Below are positions 1-12,162 of a stretch of DNA of 64,000 nucleotides, in pieces. A program made the position numbers and the translations under genes. The stretch is from Chrysomallon squamiferum (taxonomy: Eukaryota > Animalia > Mollusca). The stretch spans positions 11,408,001-11,472,000 of the forward strand of contig CM022669.1 in assembly GCA_012295275.1 (NCBI GenBank), written 5' to 3'. Position 1 is the first letter of the stretch. Each line of letters starts with the position of its first letter. Under the pieces are notes generated by a model that worked only from the letters and a program-made list of their open reading frames with translations, was not told the origin of the DNA and made no database searches.

Positions 1-1119
1 AGGGATGGACACCAGTCAGAAACACTTGTACAGTTTTATTACATATAAAAATAAAACTTGTATTATGATGGATATATTTTATACAATTATGTTTTGATGT
101 TATTAAAAACGAAATGCTCTCTGTGTATGGCTATCATAGGACCCAATAATCCTTTTTTTTTTTTTTTTTTTTAGCTGAAATCTATAAAGCATATTATAAC
201 CAAATTATGATCATGCTGGAAAAGTATACTGCTGTTTCTGGAAAAAAACTAAAATTGTATGCAGTTTTTTTCATTGCTTCAGCAATCTCTATTAAAATGG
301 GGAAAAGAATATTGCTGTTTTTACGAGAGAGAAAAAAAAAAAGTAAATTATATTCAGTTGTATTATTGCTACATTTAGCCCTGTTAAAATAAACAAAACA
401 TAATTAACAAAAAAAACAACATGCATATTGCTGTTTTTAGAAGAAAAAAAAAATGTTTTATGGAACTGCATTATTGCTACAATTACCCATCAAAACAGGA
501 TATTCTTTCTTGGACGAAGAAGTCTTGCAGCAACTAAAAAAATCTGTAACAGTATACTCCATTCTTAATTTAACTGTCACAGTATCTTTAAATTTGTTAT
601 CCCAGAAAGTAAAATCTACACAGGGTGCCTCATTTAACTGTCAGTCCCTGCTACTGTTTCCCCTGTAATAAAACTGACAATAAAGTGCATTAGTCTATTC
701 TCTTGTATCTCACAGCTCTGTCAGAGAATAGTCAGCCCTGAACTGCAAGACACGTAGATAAAACACCATAGGATGTTAACAAAAATTTTAAAATTAAACT
801 GAGCTAAATAAAATAATATATACATTTTTTTTATCCAAAAGACGTTATTCGAGTTACAACAGTTCTTTCAGGCACTTTTCTTTCACATGACAAATCTTCC
901 GTCAGTTTGAACAATTGATCTCATTTTCTTTTTTTAATATATTTTTTTCTCAACATTTTACTTCATTTTCTTTTATTATGTTTTTTTTTCATTCTGATAG
1001 CTATAAATAATGTTTGCCCTTACATGCTTTTCCAGTCTAACAAGTTTGGAGGGGAAAAAAACTGAGCAATCATTAATTTTGATGGATATAATAAAAACAG
1101 CTGACTGCAACATGAACAA

Positions 1120-1815
1120 TAGGCTGCCATTAAGATTATGGACTTTTAAGGCTGCCATTTAGGTTATGGAACTTTGAGGCTGAAGGTAAGATAATGGAAT
1201 TCTTAGGCTGACAGACAGTAAGATCATGAGGTTTAGAGACTGACATTAAAACCAAACAGTTTTGAGGCTGTCGTTGTGATTATGGCATTTTTAAGGTTGG
1301 TGGTAAGATCAGATAAGATTATGGAGTTCTTATGCTGACATTTTAATCATGGAATTTTCAGACAGTTAGATCATGAAGTTCTAAGTCTGACAGTAAGAAT
1401 ATGAATTTTTGAGCTGACAGGATAATCATGAAATTTTGAGACAAATACATCATGAAGTTTAAGCCTGACTGTACGTTTTGAGGCTGGAACTGTGACCATG
1501 GATTTATGAGACTGACAGTAAAATCTAAGTTTTCAGACTGACTTTGAAAACACTAGTTTTAATGTTGGCAGTAAGATTATGGAGTTTCCATGTTGGCAGC
1601 AAGATTATGCAGTTTTGAGGCTGACAGTGACATTATGGAGTTTTGATGCTGACAGTGACATTATGAAGTTTTAACTCTGACAGTAAGATTAAGGAGTTTT
1701 GAGCCTGACAGTAAGATTATGGAGTTTTGATGCTGACAATAACTTTATAAAGTTCAGAACTGACAGCAAAACGTGTAATTTTGACAGTAAAATTGTGGAG
1801 TTTTGAGTCTTGAGC
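1120..1815. repeat. Degenerate 28-bp minisatellite, consensus ~CTGACAGTAAGATTATGGAGTTTTGAGG, roughly 24 copies
   Basis: CTGACAG starts at 1621, 1649, 1677 and 1705 (28-bp period); copies become more diverged toward both edges. Confidence 0.9.
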
Positions 1816-2009
1816 TTGCATGTAGATTATGCAGCATCGTCCTGTGAGATAACTGTGTAAATGAAGGTAATTGTGATCCAGCCTGAAGACAAGACCGATT
1901 CAGCATGTTTCACAGAGTTCAGTGTAAAGACTGGCAAACACACACAAACATTCCACTGTAATTAAAACCACATATTATATCTCGGCTTACAAACTTACTG
2001 TGCTAGTAG

Positions 2010-2160
2010 TGTATGTGTGAGTACAAGTGTATGTGTGAGTATAAATGTATGTGTGAATATAGGTGTATGTGTGAGTATAGGTGTATGTGTGAGTATAAAT
2101 GTATGTGTGAGTATAGGTGTATGTGTGAGTATAGGTGTATGTGTGAGTATAAGTATATGA
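2010..2160. repeat. 18-bp tandem repeat GTATGTGTGAGTATAGGT (~8 copies)
   Basis: Read directly; it produces the THTYTY repeat in ORF 1987..2439. Confidence 0.9.
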
Positions 2161-2261
2161 GTCTGCAGTTGTTTGCTGAATGAGCTGTATGTCTGTTGCT
2201 GTATGTCTGTACGTATCTATGTCTGTATGTGAATACTTAATTGAATTTAATATATATTGCA

Positions 2262-2370
2262 ATATAACATAATATAATGTAATGTAATGTAATGTAATAT
2301 AATACAATATAATATAATATAATATAACTTGTGTGTCTGTAATATAATATGATATAATATAATATAATAG
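2262..2370. repeat. (AATAT/AATGT)n pentanucleotide repeat
   Basis: Read directly. Confidence 0.85.
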
Positions 2371-5300
2371 AACTTGTGTGTGAGTCACATACATTTTATA
2401 AATAAATATAAACTCATTTTTCCTTCTCCATTTTGTCACTATATTTATCGCTGCAGATCTAGCCAGTTTGAGACTACGAGTTTTGAAATGAGCTTTGTAA
2501 TTACTTAGAAAATTAAGCCACCAACTCTTAATTCAGTTTTGTCAAAATGTACATATAAAGCTGTCATAAACATACAGTTTACAGTGAGACAGAGACAGAG
2601 AGAGACGGAAGAAGAGACAAGAGCTGCTACAACATTAATCTGGTCAAACAGAACAGAATCAGTGGAAATTGCAAGGAAATAAATGACATTGTGTGGAGCA
2701 CATTGTCAGACAGTTCAAATCACAGTGAACGTCCATCTTGTGTGTAGGTGATTATATTCCTCCATCACAGCAGATCATCAGAGCAATAGATGAATTTCAT
2801 CAGAAAATTGATTAATTTTACAATCCGACCAGCTGGAACATAATGGTCATTTACTCTCTATTTACATTAAATAAGGTTTAATTATATTCACATCATTGGG
2901 TTACTGCTAGGTTTACACACTGGCTGATGGTTAGTTACACAGAATAAAAGCTCCCTGTTGTCCATCTTTCTGTTTGTCTGTTCTCTTTCTCTCTTTTTTT
3001 GTTTTGCCAGTGTCTGTCTGTGTGTGTGTCTGGAAACGAGACAAAACAAATTTGTCTTTTTGTCTGTTTAATCAAGCTAGAACATTAATTTGTTCATGTG
3101 AACATTCATTTTTCTATTTATTTATTCATTCTTCCATCTATCCCTTTATCTCTGTACTGTTTAATTAACACACACAGATAGATAGATAGATAGATGGACA
3201 GAGAGACAACAAAATAGATAGATATGAAAACTCAAAAGGCTAAATAATCTGAATACAATTTTGACAAGAGAGAAGATGCATTCATTTTATAATTAAAATT
3301 TTCAGCATCAGAATTTTCTTTAAAAACATAACCTCTAGTTCCACCAATGTCTTAAAAGCATGACATCTACTACTGAACAAAGTGTTTATTTAGTATATAA
3401 ACTTTCACTGTCATCTGAAATGTTAACTTTTATTGCTATTTTAAATTTTATCTGAAAGTTTTAACTATTATTACCAACTGGAAAGTTTTATCATCCCAGT
3501 GGTAATGTTTAACTTTTACTATCAATTAAAAAAACAAAAAAAATAAAAATTAAATTTTAGTTCTACCTGAAAATTTCAAACTGTATTTTATCTGAATAGG
3601 ACTTTTTGTATCACTTTATAGAAAAAGAAAGTTAATTTTTATATAAAAACAAACAACAACAAACCATTCATGTATCAAATAAAAAAAACTATACTATACT
3701 ACACTAAAGCAATGTGCTGGGGGTCATATATTAACTCCAGACTTGGCTATTTACATTCTTCAGCAAAACATAATTAGAAATGAAACAACATCAAAGAGAA
3801 ATTATTAATTTCTCTGACTGGTTTCCAAATCCAAAAATTTAGTGTCGACAGTATATTCATTACATACAGTATCCAATTGGGGTGATAATTGGAAATATGG
3901 ATCCCTAGGCAGGAGTTAATTACAGAATGGGAAAATATTTACATATATGTATTAAATCTACGGTGAATCTAATTGTGCGATTATGTGAGAAACAGGAATG
4001 ACCATAGCAAACAGTGGAACTGGTAATAATAATTGAGTAATGATTGGCAAGGCTTATTGCTGTATTCTCAGATAAACGCTGTGATTTGCGTTGACCAGTG
4101 ATAATTATAAAATGCTGGGCTGAATTAGACAGAGTGTATTATAGTAATTACTGTACACAGGCTAGAAATGGAATGTTGATTATTAAACTGAAAATAAGAA
4201 GTGAATAATTTAGACTCAAACATTCTCAGAGGCAAATAAATGGAAGCAAAGGCAAATATGAGAAGAGCAGCTGTGAAATATATGTACGTATGTACATACA
4301 GACACATTTATTTTCATAAAGATCTTCACTGTGAAAAAACTGTTTACATACACACACACAGTTACATACACATTATACACACTCATAATCACACAGAAAT
4401 AAATACACATGAAGATCTCTTTGCACCAAAAAGACTTAAATACTTTATTTAATTACACTGTTGAGGCCAAGTTATAATCTTAAATCATTAATTCCCATTC
4501 CAAACAGTTGTCTTTAACAACAAATGATATCACTAGAAAATGTATGTGTGATGTATATATGTGTATTGTGAATGTGTTTGTGTGAATGCCTATGCTGATG
4601 CTTGTTTTTCAATACTTTTAACCAATGCGTATATTAATTTAATAAAACAGTTTTATCTTTTAAGTTTTCTTTCTTTTGATTCTTAAGTGAAAAAACAATG
4701 TTGTTATCTTTTGGCAAAGAATTTGGTAGATAAATCAGTTTTTTATATGTATTTTTTCAAACACAGATTCAAAAATTAAATAAAGTTTAAAAAATAAAAA
4801 TAAAAATTTAAATACTCATGTAAAATGAAAGCAAAAGTGATAACAAAAAAAATATTAAACTGTATTTTAATGTCACTGATAAATAAAAACTGATTAAAAT
4901 AAACAAAATAAAAACAAGAAGAAAAATGTTTAAAATTTAAATTATAAACAAATTTTAAAAATAAAGACAGATTACTCTATTAAATTACAATGAGATGAAG
5001 GTAGATAACTCTATCATTAATTACAATGCCAATACAAAGACTTTTCACAGAAGAAACAATGGGTGTTGAAAACTGTTTATAGAACCCTGTGTAATACAAT
5101 AAGATATTGCACATTCTGAGACTTCAAAGCTATTTTTCGGCTGTCAAACCAGGGAAATAAATCTTTCAAAATGACAGGTGTTTAAATTATCACTTTTTAA
5201 AACATGCTGCTTTTGACCTTGTTTTTTCAGTGCACAAATCAGTTGAACTAAAGGTTAGTGAGGAAAAAAAAAAAAAAAAAAAAAAACAGAAACAAAATTA

Positions 5301-5700
5301 TGTTCAGTTATATTTTTTGTCTTTTTTATTTTATATCATTCATTCCCCTTTCCTGTTTCTTTAAAAAAAAATATCCTGTTGTGAATGTACAATACATGTT
5401 TGTGTGTGTGTCTGAATGTGTGTGTGTGCGTGCATTTACATCTGTGAGTAAGGGGGGGCAGATTAGTGACTAGTGACTTGTGATGCAATTTTGTACAGAA
5501 CAGTATATATGTTAATATGTAACTTTTGTACACTTAACTATCTTCCATTCTGATTACATAACCAATGATTGCTTAATCAAGTTAATGAATACCAGATGAC
5601 ATCATACCATTATATATGAATAACAGAGAAAGTCTCCTACAGTGTTTTGGGTTGCAGAATTTTCTACACAGGATTAGACTGGTTAAAAAATAGGCATCCA

Positions 5701-5708
5701 TCTCTCTG

Positions 5709-5753
<45 letters not shown>
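5701..5753. repeat. (CT)n microsatellite
   Basis: Read directly. Confidence 0.95.
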
Positions 5754-5757
<4 letters not shown>

Positions 5758-7537
5758 TCTCACCTCTTATTCTTTCTATCTTTTTCTTTTTTCTAGTTTC
5801 TAATTTGTTATCTATATTTGAATGGTGTACATGTTACATTATACCTGATTGCGTATCTATTAGTACCAATTCATTCTGAGAAAAAAAAAAATAAAATTAA
5901 ATTAAATAAAAAATTATTAGGTGCAATAGGTAAAACAAAATAGCGTCTTAAAAATGCCATAATTTTTATAACCTGAAATTTACAATCCATACTGATAAAG
6001 TCTTAGATTTAAGTCCAAAATCTTAGAAATGTTAAACTTGGTGTGAACTTGCTAAGTACTGAGTGAGACCATAAATTCCAGATTTTAAATAAAACTCTAT
6101 TTAAATGATAATTTGTTATTATTTTTTTATTTTAATCTTATCTTATGTTGTTATTTTTTTTGTCACTTTATTTTTGTAATGGATTCTTGTTGTACAAATG
6201 TTTTATTAAAAACTATCTCAGTATATTTAATCTTTATTTTAATTTTAAAAAGGCAAAAAAAGAAAACACCATTAATTAGCCACTGTGAAAATATTTTAAA
6301 TGTCTGTGAAATACCATTAGATAACAGGATCACTCCTTCACATTTTGACATTTTTTCCAATTCCAACCACATTATAAAAAATTATGGATTGAGGTTGAGT
6401 TTTTGTTAAAATGGATCTTAAAGTAAAATAGTTGGTAAGTTTAATAATTAAAAAAAATAAAATAAAATAAAAGAAGATAAAAACCTTTTAAAATTATTAA
6501 TCCCATATAAAAAATAAACATATTTAAAGTGTTAATATTGAAAATTTAATAACTTTCTGGAAAGAAAAATTAAATTAAATTTAAAAAAAAAAAAATAAAA
6601 ATGAACAAGAATAATTAAATAACTTTTTTTATTAATAGAAAAATTAAATTAAATAAACAAATACCTCTTTAGCAAAATCAAAAAAAAAAAAAAAGTATCT
6701 AAATACATTTTTTAGAAAGAAAAATTATTATAAACAAAATTAATAATATAGCTTTGTTTTTTATAACTTATAAAATTTATTTTGAAATATTTATTAACCA
6801 AAGCTAGTAGAATTCTCTTGAGTGAAAAAAAAAAAACAACACAGCAAATTCATACAGATTAAGCATACAAATATCTCTAACATAATACACAATACAAACA
6901 CTCATAAAAGAAAATTCTTTCTGAGCAGTATTAAACAATAGCAAAAAAAAAAAAAACACCAGTGAATCATTTTACCCCGGATTTGATAAATTGCTATAAG
7001 CAGCAATTTGTTGTTGATTATGCAACTTTTCACTTCTCCGTAAATCTCAATTCCCTGATCTGTAGGTTTCTTAAACAGTGTGCTTTATTTAGTGTGATTC
7101 ATGTCTAAGAGACTTGTACCAAGTGCACACAAGTCTTTATGAAACATTATCACAAACCGTCCAGTAAATACAGAATAAACAAGTGTACACTCTATAGCGA
7201 GACTGTGAGATACACAAGTTATATACACATTGCACAGATAATAAAAACGATATGCAGTATGAATACGCAGGAATTAAATTAATGTACAAAGGAACAATTG
7301 TTATGAAATATTTTTGATAAGTAATGATGGCTGCTAGATGTTATACATCATCATCATCATTATTTTATTTTCTTCATTATCATTATTGTCATCAATGTCA
7401 TCGTTAGTATCACAAACTGCTAATTTTGTATTGAATCATAAAGCTGTTTGGAATGGGAAAAACTGTGGGATAAATGAACTGAAAAGCCATGTACTGTTTA
7501 ACTGCAGAAAGCAAAAAAAACTTAAAATTTTGATTAA

Positions 7538-7808
7538 TCTGACACAGAACTGACACTGACTCAGACACACTTATGACACTAAATCTGACAGTCTGACACT
7601 GAATCCACCAAATGTTCTAAGACAGACTATGACATACACTCTGACAGATTCTGACACTGTCTCAGACCTACCCTCTGAAACACTCTGACACAAGAATCTT
7701 GACATTCCTTTAGACGTTTTCTCTGACCCAACCTGAGACACAGTCTGACAACGACACTGATTCTGACAATGACTCTGACACAACTCTGACACAATCTCTG
7801 ACACACAG
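7538..7808. repeat. Degenerate ~12-bp repeat built on (T)CTGACAC (e.g. ACTCTGACACAA)
   Basis: CTGACA recurs many times at ~12-bp multiples; it explains ORFs 7571..7900 and 7627..7836. Confidence 0.8.
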
Positions 7809-8286
7809 ATGTAATAAACAGCAACTCTGCTTTCACAGAGAGAAAATCTTAAGTCACCATCCCATATCTGGATGGGTGGGTGGCTCAAAGAAGAATTCAC
7901 TTCTTTATGTTTACTGTGAATACCTTCTGTTTGTCCAAGCGTCTGATCTCTGTTTACTCAGTCTCTGCTCACTGAGCTCTGTAGATTTGTGCAGGGAATG
8001 CAACAAAAATATGACAAGTGTGTGCATTGTGACAAAGTGTGCTATTTCTCAGATTTGGTTGTTTTTGATGAGAAAAAAAACAAAATGATATTATTTTAAT
8101 GTCTCTGATGTTGGCTGATAAAACAGCAAATCAAAGTTGAAAATGGCAGATGATGGTGTTAGAGCTGTCAATGGTAACATTGGAGAGGCTCATGATGTAA
8201 TAAATACATGATGGATATCATTTTTTATTTAATTATACAGATTTATAGAGACACACATACTGTACTCATTCATACACAGCTAGACA

Positions 8287-8287
<1 letters not shown>

Positions 8288-8328
<41 letters not shown>

Positions 8329-8335
8329 AACACAA
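8288..8335. repeat. (CA)n microsatellite
   Basis: Read directly. Confidence 0.95.
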
Positions 8336-8541
8336 ACAACCACAAGATTTTTCATCTTAATCTGATGAAAATAAAACATTTTCAACAGTAAAATGATAGT
8401 CTTGATATTTATCATTAAATATGAATGTTATATTTCAATATTAAATACAGGTAATATTTAATTTTTCATGGTCAAGAATTATCAATTTTATGCTGTTATA
8501 TTTTCTATATCAAATACATTTGTATATATTCAATATCAAAG

Positions 8542-8588
<47 letters not shown>

Positions 8589-8711
8589 ATAATTTTTTAT
8601 ATTAAATTTTACATATTTAAATCAAAACTTTTACTATTAAATTTTAATATTTTAAATCAAATATTACCTATATTTAATATCAGCCGTTGTATATATCAGA
8701 TATCGACCTAC

Positions 8712-8799
8712 CTGGTGTGAAGCTGCTCCACAGTACAACTGCCAGCAAGGAGACGGTAAAGTATAATCCGTGAATCAAACTGGACTGTTCAGACATCAT
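8712..8799 (-). CDS. Putative first coding exon (partial CDS) encoding a signal-peptide-like N-terminus MMSEQSSLIHGLYFTVSLLAVVLWSSFTP + 1 nt; secreted or membrane protein of unknown family
   Basis: The minus strand reads ...TGA GGC ACC ATG ATG TCT GAA CAG TCC AGT TTG ATT CAC GGA TTA TAC TTT ACC GTC TCC TTG CTG GCA GTT GTA CTG TGG AGC AGC TTC ACA CCA G|GTAGGT. Support: A at -3 of the ATG, an in-frame stop 3 codons upstream, a hydrophobic core LYFTVSLLAVVLW, a canonical phase-1 donor at 8711-8706, and an abrupt switch from GC-rich exon to AT-rich intron just past the donor. Confidence 0.65.
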
Positions 8800-9607
8800 G
8801 GTGCCTCACTGCTCATGCTTCACAAATCCTTGGAGTTGTCACACAAAATCATTAAAAGATCCACACAATTTTTTTTTTTTTCACTTGTCACTAGTCTTTA
8901 GAAATACGTTTCTGCTAGAATTTTTGTCCTTATTATTATTTTTTTTTTTTCTGTTTTTTTTTTTTCTTCTGTTATCAGTTGTTAAGAAGATCTGTTTAAG
9001 ATTTTTATTTCCGTTTCATAAAAAAGAGAAAAAAAGAATCCTGTTCAAGTGACACAAATAACGTTATTACTTCATTATCCATCATATGTTAATTATGCTA
9101 ATTATTATTTTTTTTTTAATCACACATGTAATATTTGAATACTTTTTGTGATCTAATAATCACCAGAGTTACATAATTATCCAGAATTCCTAAAGTTACC
9201 TATTTCTGTGGCTATTATTCAAAGTCCACATTTTTTTCCAAACATAATCTTAATGACATTCATGAGCTAACTAGTATCTTGTTTTCAAATTATGAGGAAG
9301 AAATGTTGCAAGAATCTCAAAGAAAAATATTTACAATCTGTTTATCCTGAAGTGAAGAGAAACAAACAGTTCACAAGATGTTTAAGAATTATTGTTCCTG
9401 TTTTTGCATCAACCACAGATTTTAATTGGACTAAGCGATTTCAGGCCTGGCTGCAAGAGAATTCTCCATCTCTTTCTGTAGAGAACTCCACATGTATCCA
9501 TGGTAGCTGCAGTATCATTTCACCTCATGCAGGGATGATCACGCTGAATGATGAATTCACTTCGTCGTCGCTGGCTCAGTACTTAATTATCAGATGCTTT
9601 GACTGTG
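8800..9607 (-). other. Putative 5'UTR portion of the signal-peptide exon (acceptor at 9347-9349 or 9608-9610)
   Basis: Two strong minus-strand acceptors: (CT)n-TTTTTCAG|CACAG (exon start 9607) and TGTTTGTTTCTCTTCACTTCAG|GATAA (exon start 9346). All three frames after the 9607 acceptor close quickly, consistent with UTR. Confidence 0.45.
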
Positions 9608-9951
9608 CTGAAAAAGAGAGAGAGAGAGACGGGAATGGAATCATTAAATGAATTCTGATGCTCAGTATTGTTTACAGTTTTTTGTGAAGATGACTGACTG
9701 CTGCTAGCAGTAATTTACTGCATGGATCTGGATCTGGCATGGTAATCCACAAAAGGGTCGTTAAAAGTAAAAAAAACGAAAAAGAGCTTTCAGAGACAAT
9801 AATCTGGTGTGATGTTCCTTGGGGATCAGCGGCATGTTTTTCACTGAGTTATATTTGATTAACATAATGTTATGAGTTATTAAAACTCAAATGGTGGATG
9901 ACATGAAAACTACTCATGAAGAAGAATAACTACAGACATTAATTTTTATTT

Positions 9952-9985
<34 letters not shown>

Positions 9986-10235
9986 CCAATTCACAGTTTA
10001 ACACCCAACTCTTGTGGTGAAATTTAGTGATTAGGAAATAAAAAATAAAAAATAAAAATATAAAAATAAAATAAAATCTTGAGTGTAATTTGAATAACAC
10101 AGAACAAAATAATATGGTTTTGTCTGACACATTTTTCTGTTTTCATATTTCTTAATAAGTATCCTGAATGAAGAAACAGATAGAAAGTCATTAGCAAAAT
10201 CTTTCCATCCATGATAACTGAGAAATTCAAAATAG

Positions 10236-10274
<39 letters not shown>

Positions 10275-10487
10275 AAAAATAATAAACATATTAAGAAATC
10301 ACAGTGTTTTTGTTTAGAAACAGGTTCTATGAATGAAACTGTTGTCTACTTTTTAACATTTACGTTATATTTTTGTTTTAATACTTAGAAATGTTTTATT
10401 TTGCAACCATTACTAAATTTAATATGGGGATTATTTCTGGTTCAGTTACAATACAAATTTTCTCATATCTCCATTTAAACACTTAAA

Positions 10488-10752
10488 ATATTTTGTAGCT
10501 TTAATAATTTTAAAAAATTCCAAATATTCTAATTGCTAAAATTTAATCTTGCAGATAATTTTGGTTAATTATAGCATAATATTTCATGGATGACCATTTA
10601 AACAAATACTGCATTTTGTAGCTTTAATATTTCAAAAATTCCAAATATTCTAACTGCTAAAATTTAATCTTGGGAATACATATTTGTTCAGTTATACTAT
10701 AATAATTCACAAATCTTCAAAAACAGTATTTTGTATCTTTAATATTTTGAAA
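10488..10752. repeat. Imperfect ~120-bp tandem duplication (2 copies plus a partial third)
   Basis: ATTTTGTAGCTTTAAT...AAAATTCCAAATATTCTAA(T/C)TGCTAAAATTTAATCTTG at ~10490 and ~10613; partial copy at ~10728. Confidence 0.8.
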
Positions 10753-11583
10753 TATTTCTACAGTATTTTTAGACCTGGAAGTTACAAGCTCCACCAGCTG
10801 ACAATACCAAGAGCTCCATTATATTACAATAGTTTATAGGCTCCAGAATTGACAACACTTCACTGGCTCTGTAGTTACAATAGTTTATAGAGTCTGGTGA
10901 CTGATAAATACTTTAAGGATAGCAATATTTTTCTGGTTCAGGAGTTAATTCTGTATTTGGCAAAACTTTATCAATCAATAAAAAAAAAAGGAACGACTGA
11001 AAAAAGTGAAGAAGAAGAAGAAGAAGAAAAAAAAAACGTGACAGTTGTTAATGTAGAATTTCTGTATCTAAATGTGTAGGAAAATAGGTTATTATTTTTC
11101 TGAAGAAACAGTTTAGGAGCTTGCAAAATGAGAAAAATGTTATAATGGAGAAAGAAAAAAAAGAAAAATTGGTGTTTTATGTCTAATATTTTTAAAAACA
11201 TTTCCAGCAGAAAAGTGTCGGTTGTGATTTTTTTAAAATGTTTTTCTTTTTTAAGTAGATTTTTTTAAGTAGATTTTTTTTCTTTTTAAGTAGATTTTTT
11301 TATATTTATGATTAATGAGAAGCAATGGAAGAGATGACAGAGAGGCATGATGATGGTCTTAAAGGTTAGTTTATAAGACATGTCTGAGAGAGTGGCAGTG
11401 TTTTAAATACTGGAATGTAGCAGAGAACGTAATGAAGTAAAAACATGATATAATACTGTTTATTCATTAAAATGTTTGCAAATGTTGCAAGTTCTTACGT
11501 AACTTAGAGCTCTGACAGATGTGAAAGGAATAAAAAAACAGTTAAAGTATTTCTGTAAACTTTAATTAAAAAATACCTTTTAA

Positions 11584-11620
<37 letters not shown>

Positions 11621-12162
11621 AATCTCAAATAAGTGTTGTTTCTGGAAAGTTTAATAATAATAATAATAATGAGAAGAGAAGGATAGCAACATAATTAAAT
11701 ACAAATGAATATATGTAATGTTTCTTTTTTTAAACCTTTAAATGAATATTTGCAATATTAAACTAAAACAGCATTAAATACCTTTTATAGCTGAAACAAA
11801 AAAGGTCTGAATGCATTTCAGTAAAGTTGAAGTAATTTTAATTGTATATCCACAATACTGAAAGTAATTAAACACATTTTTAGAAACTATAAATCCATAA
11901 TGACAATAACAAATTTAAAAAACAACAACACAGAAATCTAAAAGGGGATTTTCTACAAAAAATTAAAAGTTATCTATGGATGTGTAAAAATTGACAGGTT
12001 TTTTTTGTTTGTTTTTTAAGCATGCAACTGTAAAGTCGAAGGTGAAATTGCATCAGCAGTTAGGATCAGTGAAGCACGTGGTTACAGCAGCAGCAGAAAA
12101 AAGTCAACAAGTGATAAATTACAGCTACTTGATCCCTTGGTCAAAGCTTACTAAGTCATCTG

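Noticed and set aside
600-680. Minus-strand acceptor TTTTATTACAG|GGG as the next coding exon after the signal peptide
   Set aside because: The phase-1 reading hits TAA after about nine codons with no donor before it.
9292-9651. 119-aa + strand ORF, the longest non-repeat ORF
   Set aside because: No recognisable domain, it ends in a GA microsatellite translation, and splice signals here favour the minus strand. Probably the antisense shadow of a GC-richer UTR exon.
11393-11425. Seed-length matches to miR-34 (TGGCAGTGT) and miR-1 (TGGAATGTA); similar short matches to miR-29 (~17620), miR-71 (~45544) and miR-252 (~6052)
   Set aside because: The matches are short or interrupted, the mature sequences diverge, and no precursor-sized hairpin forms.
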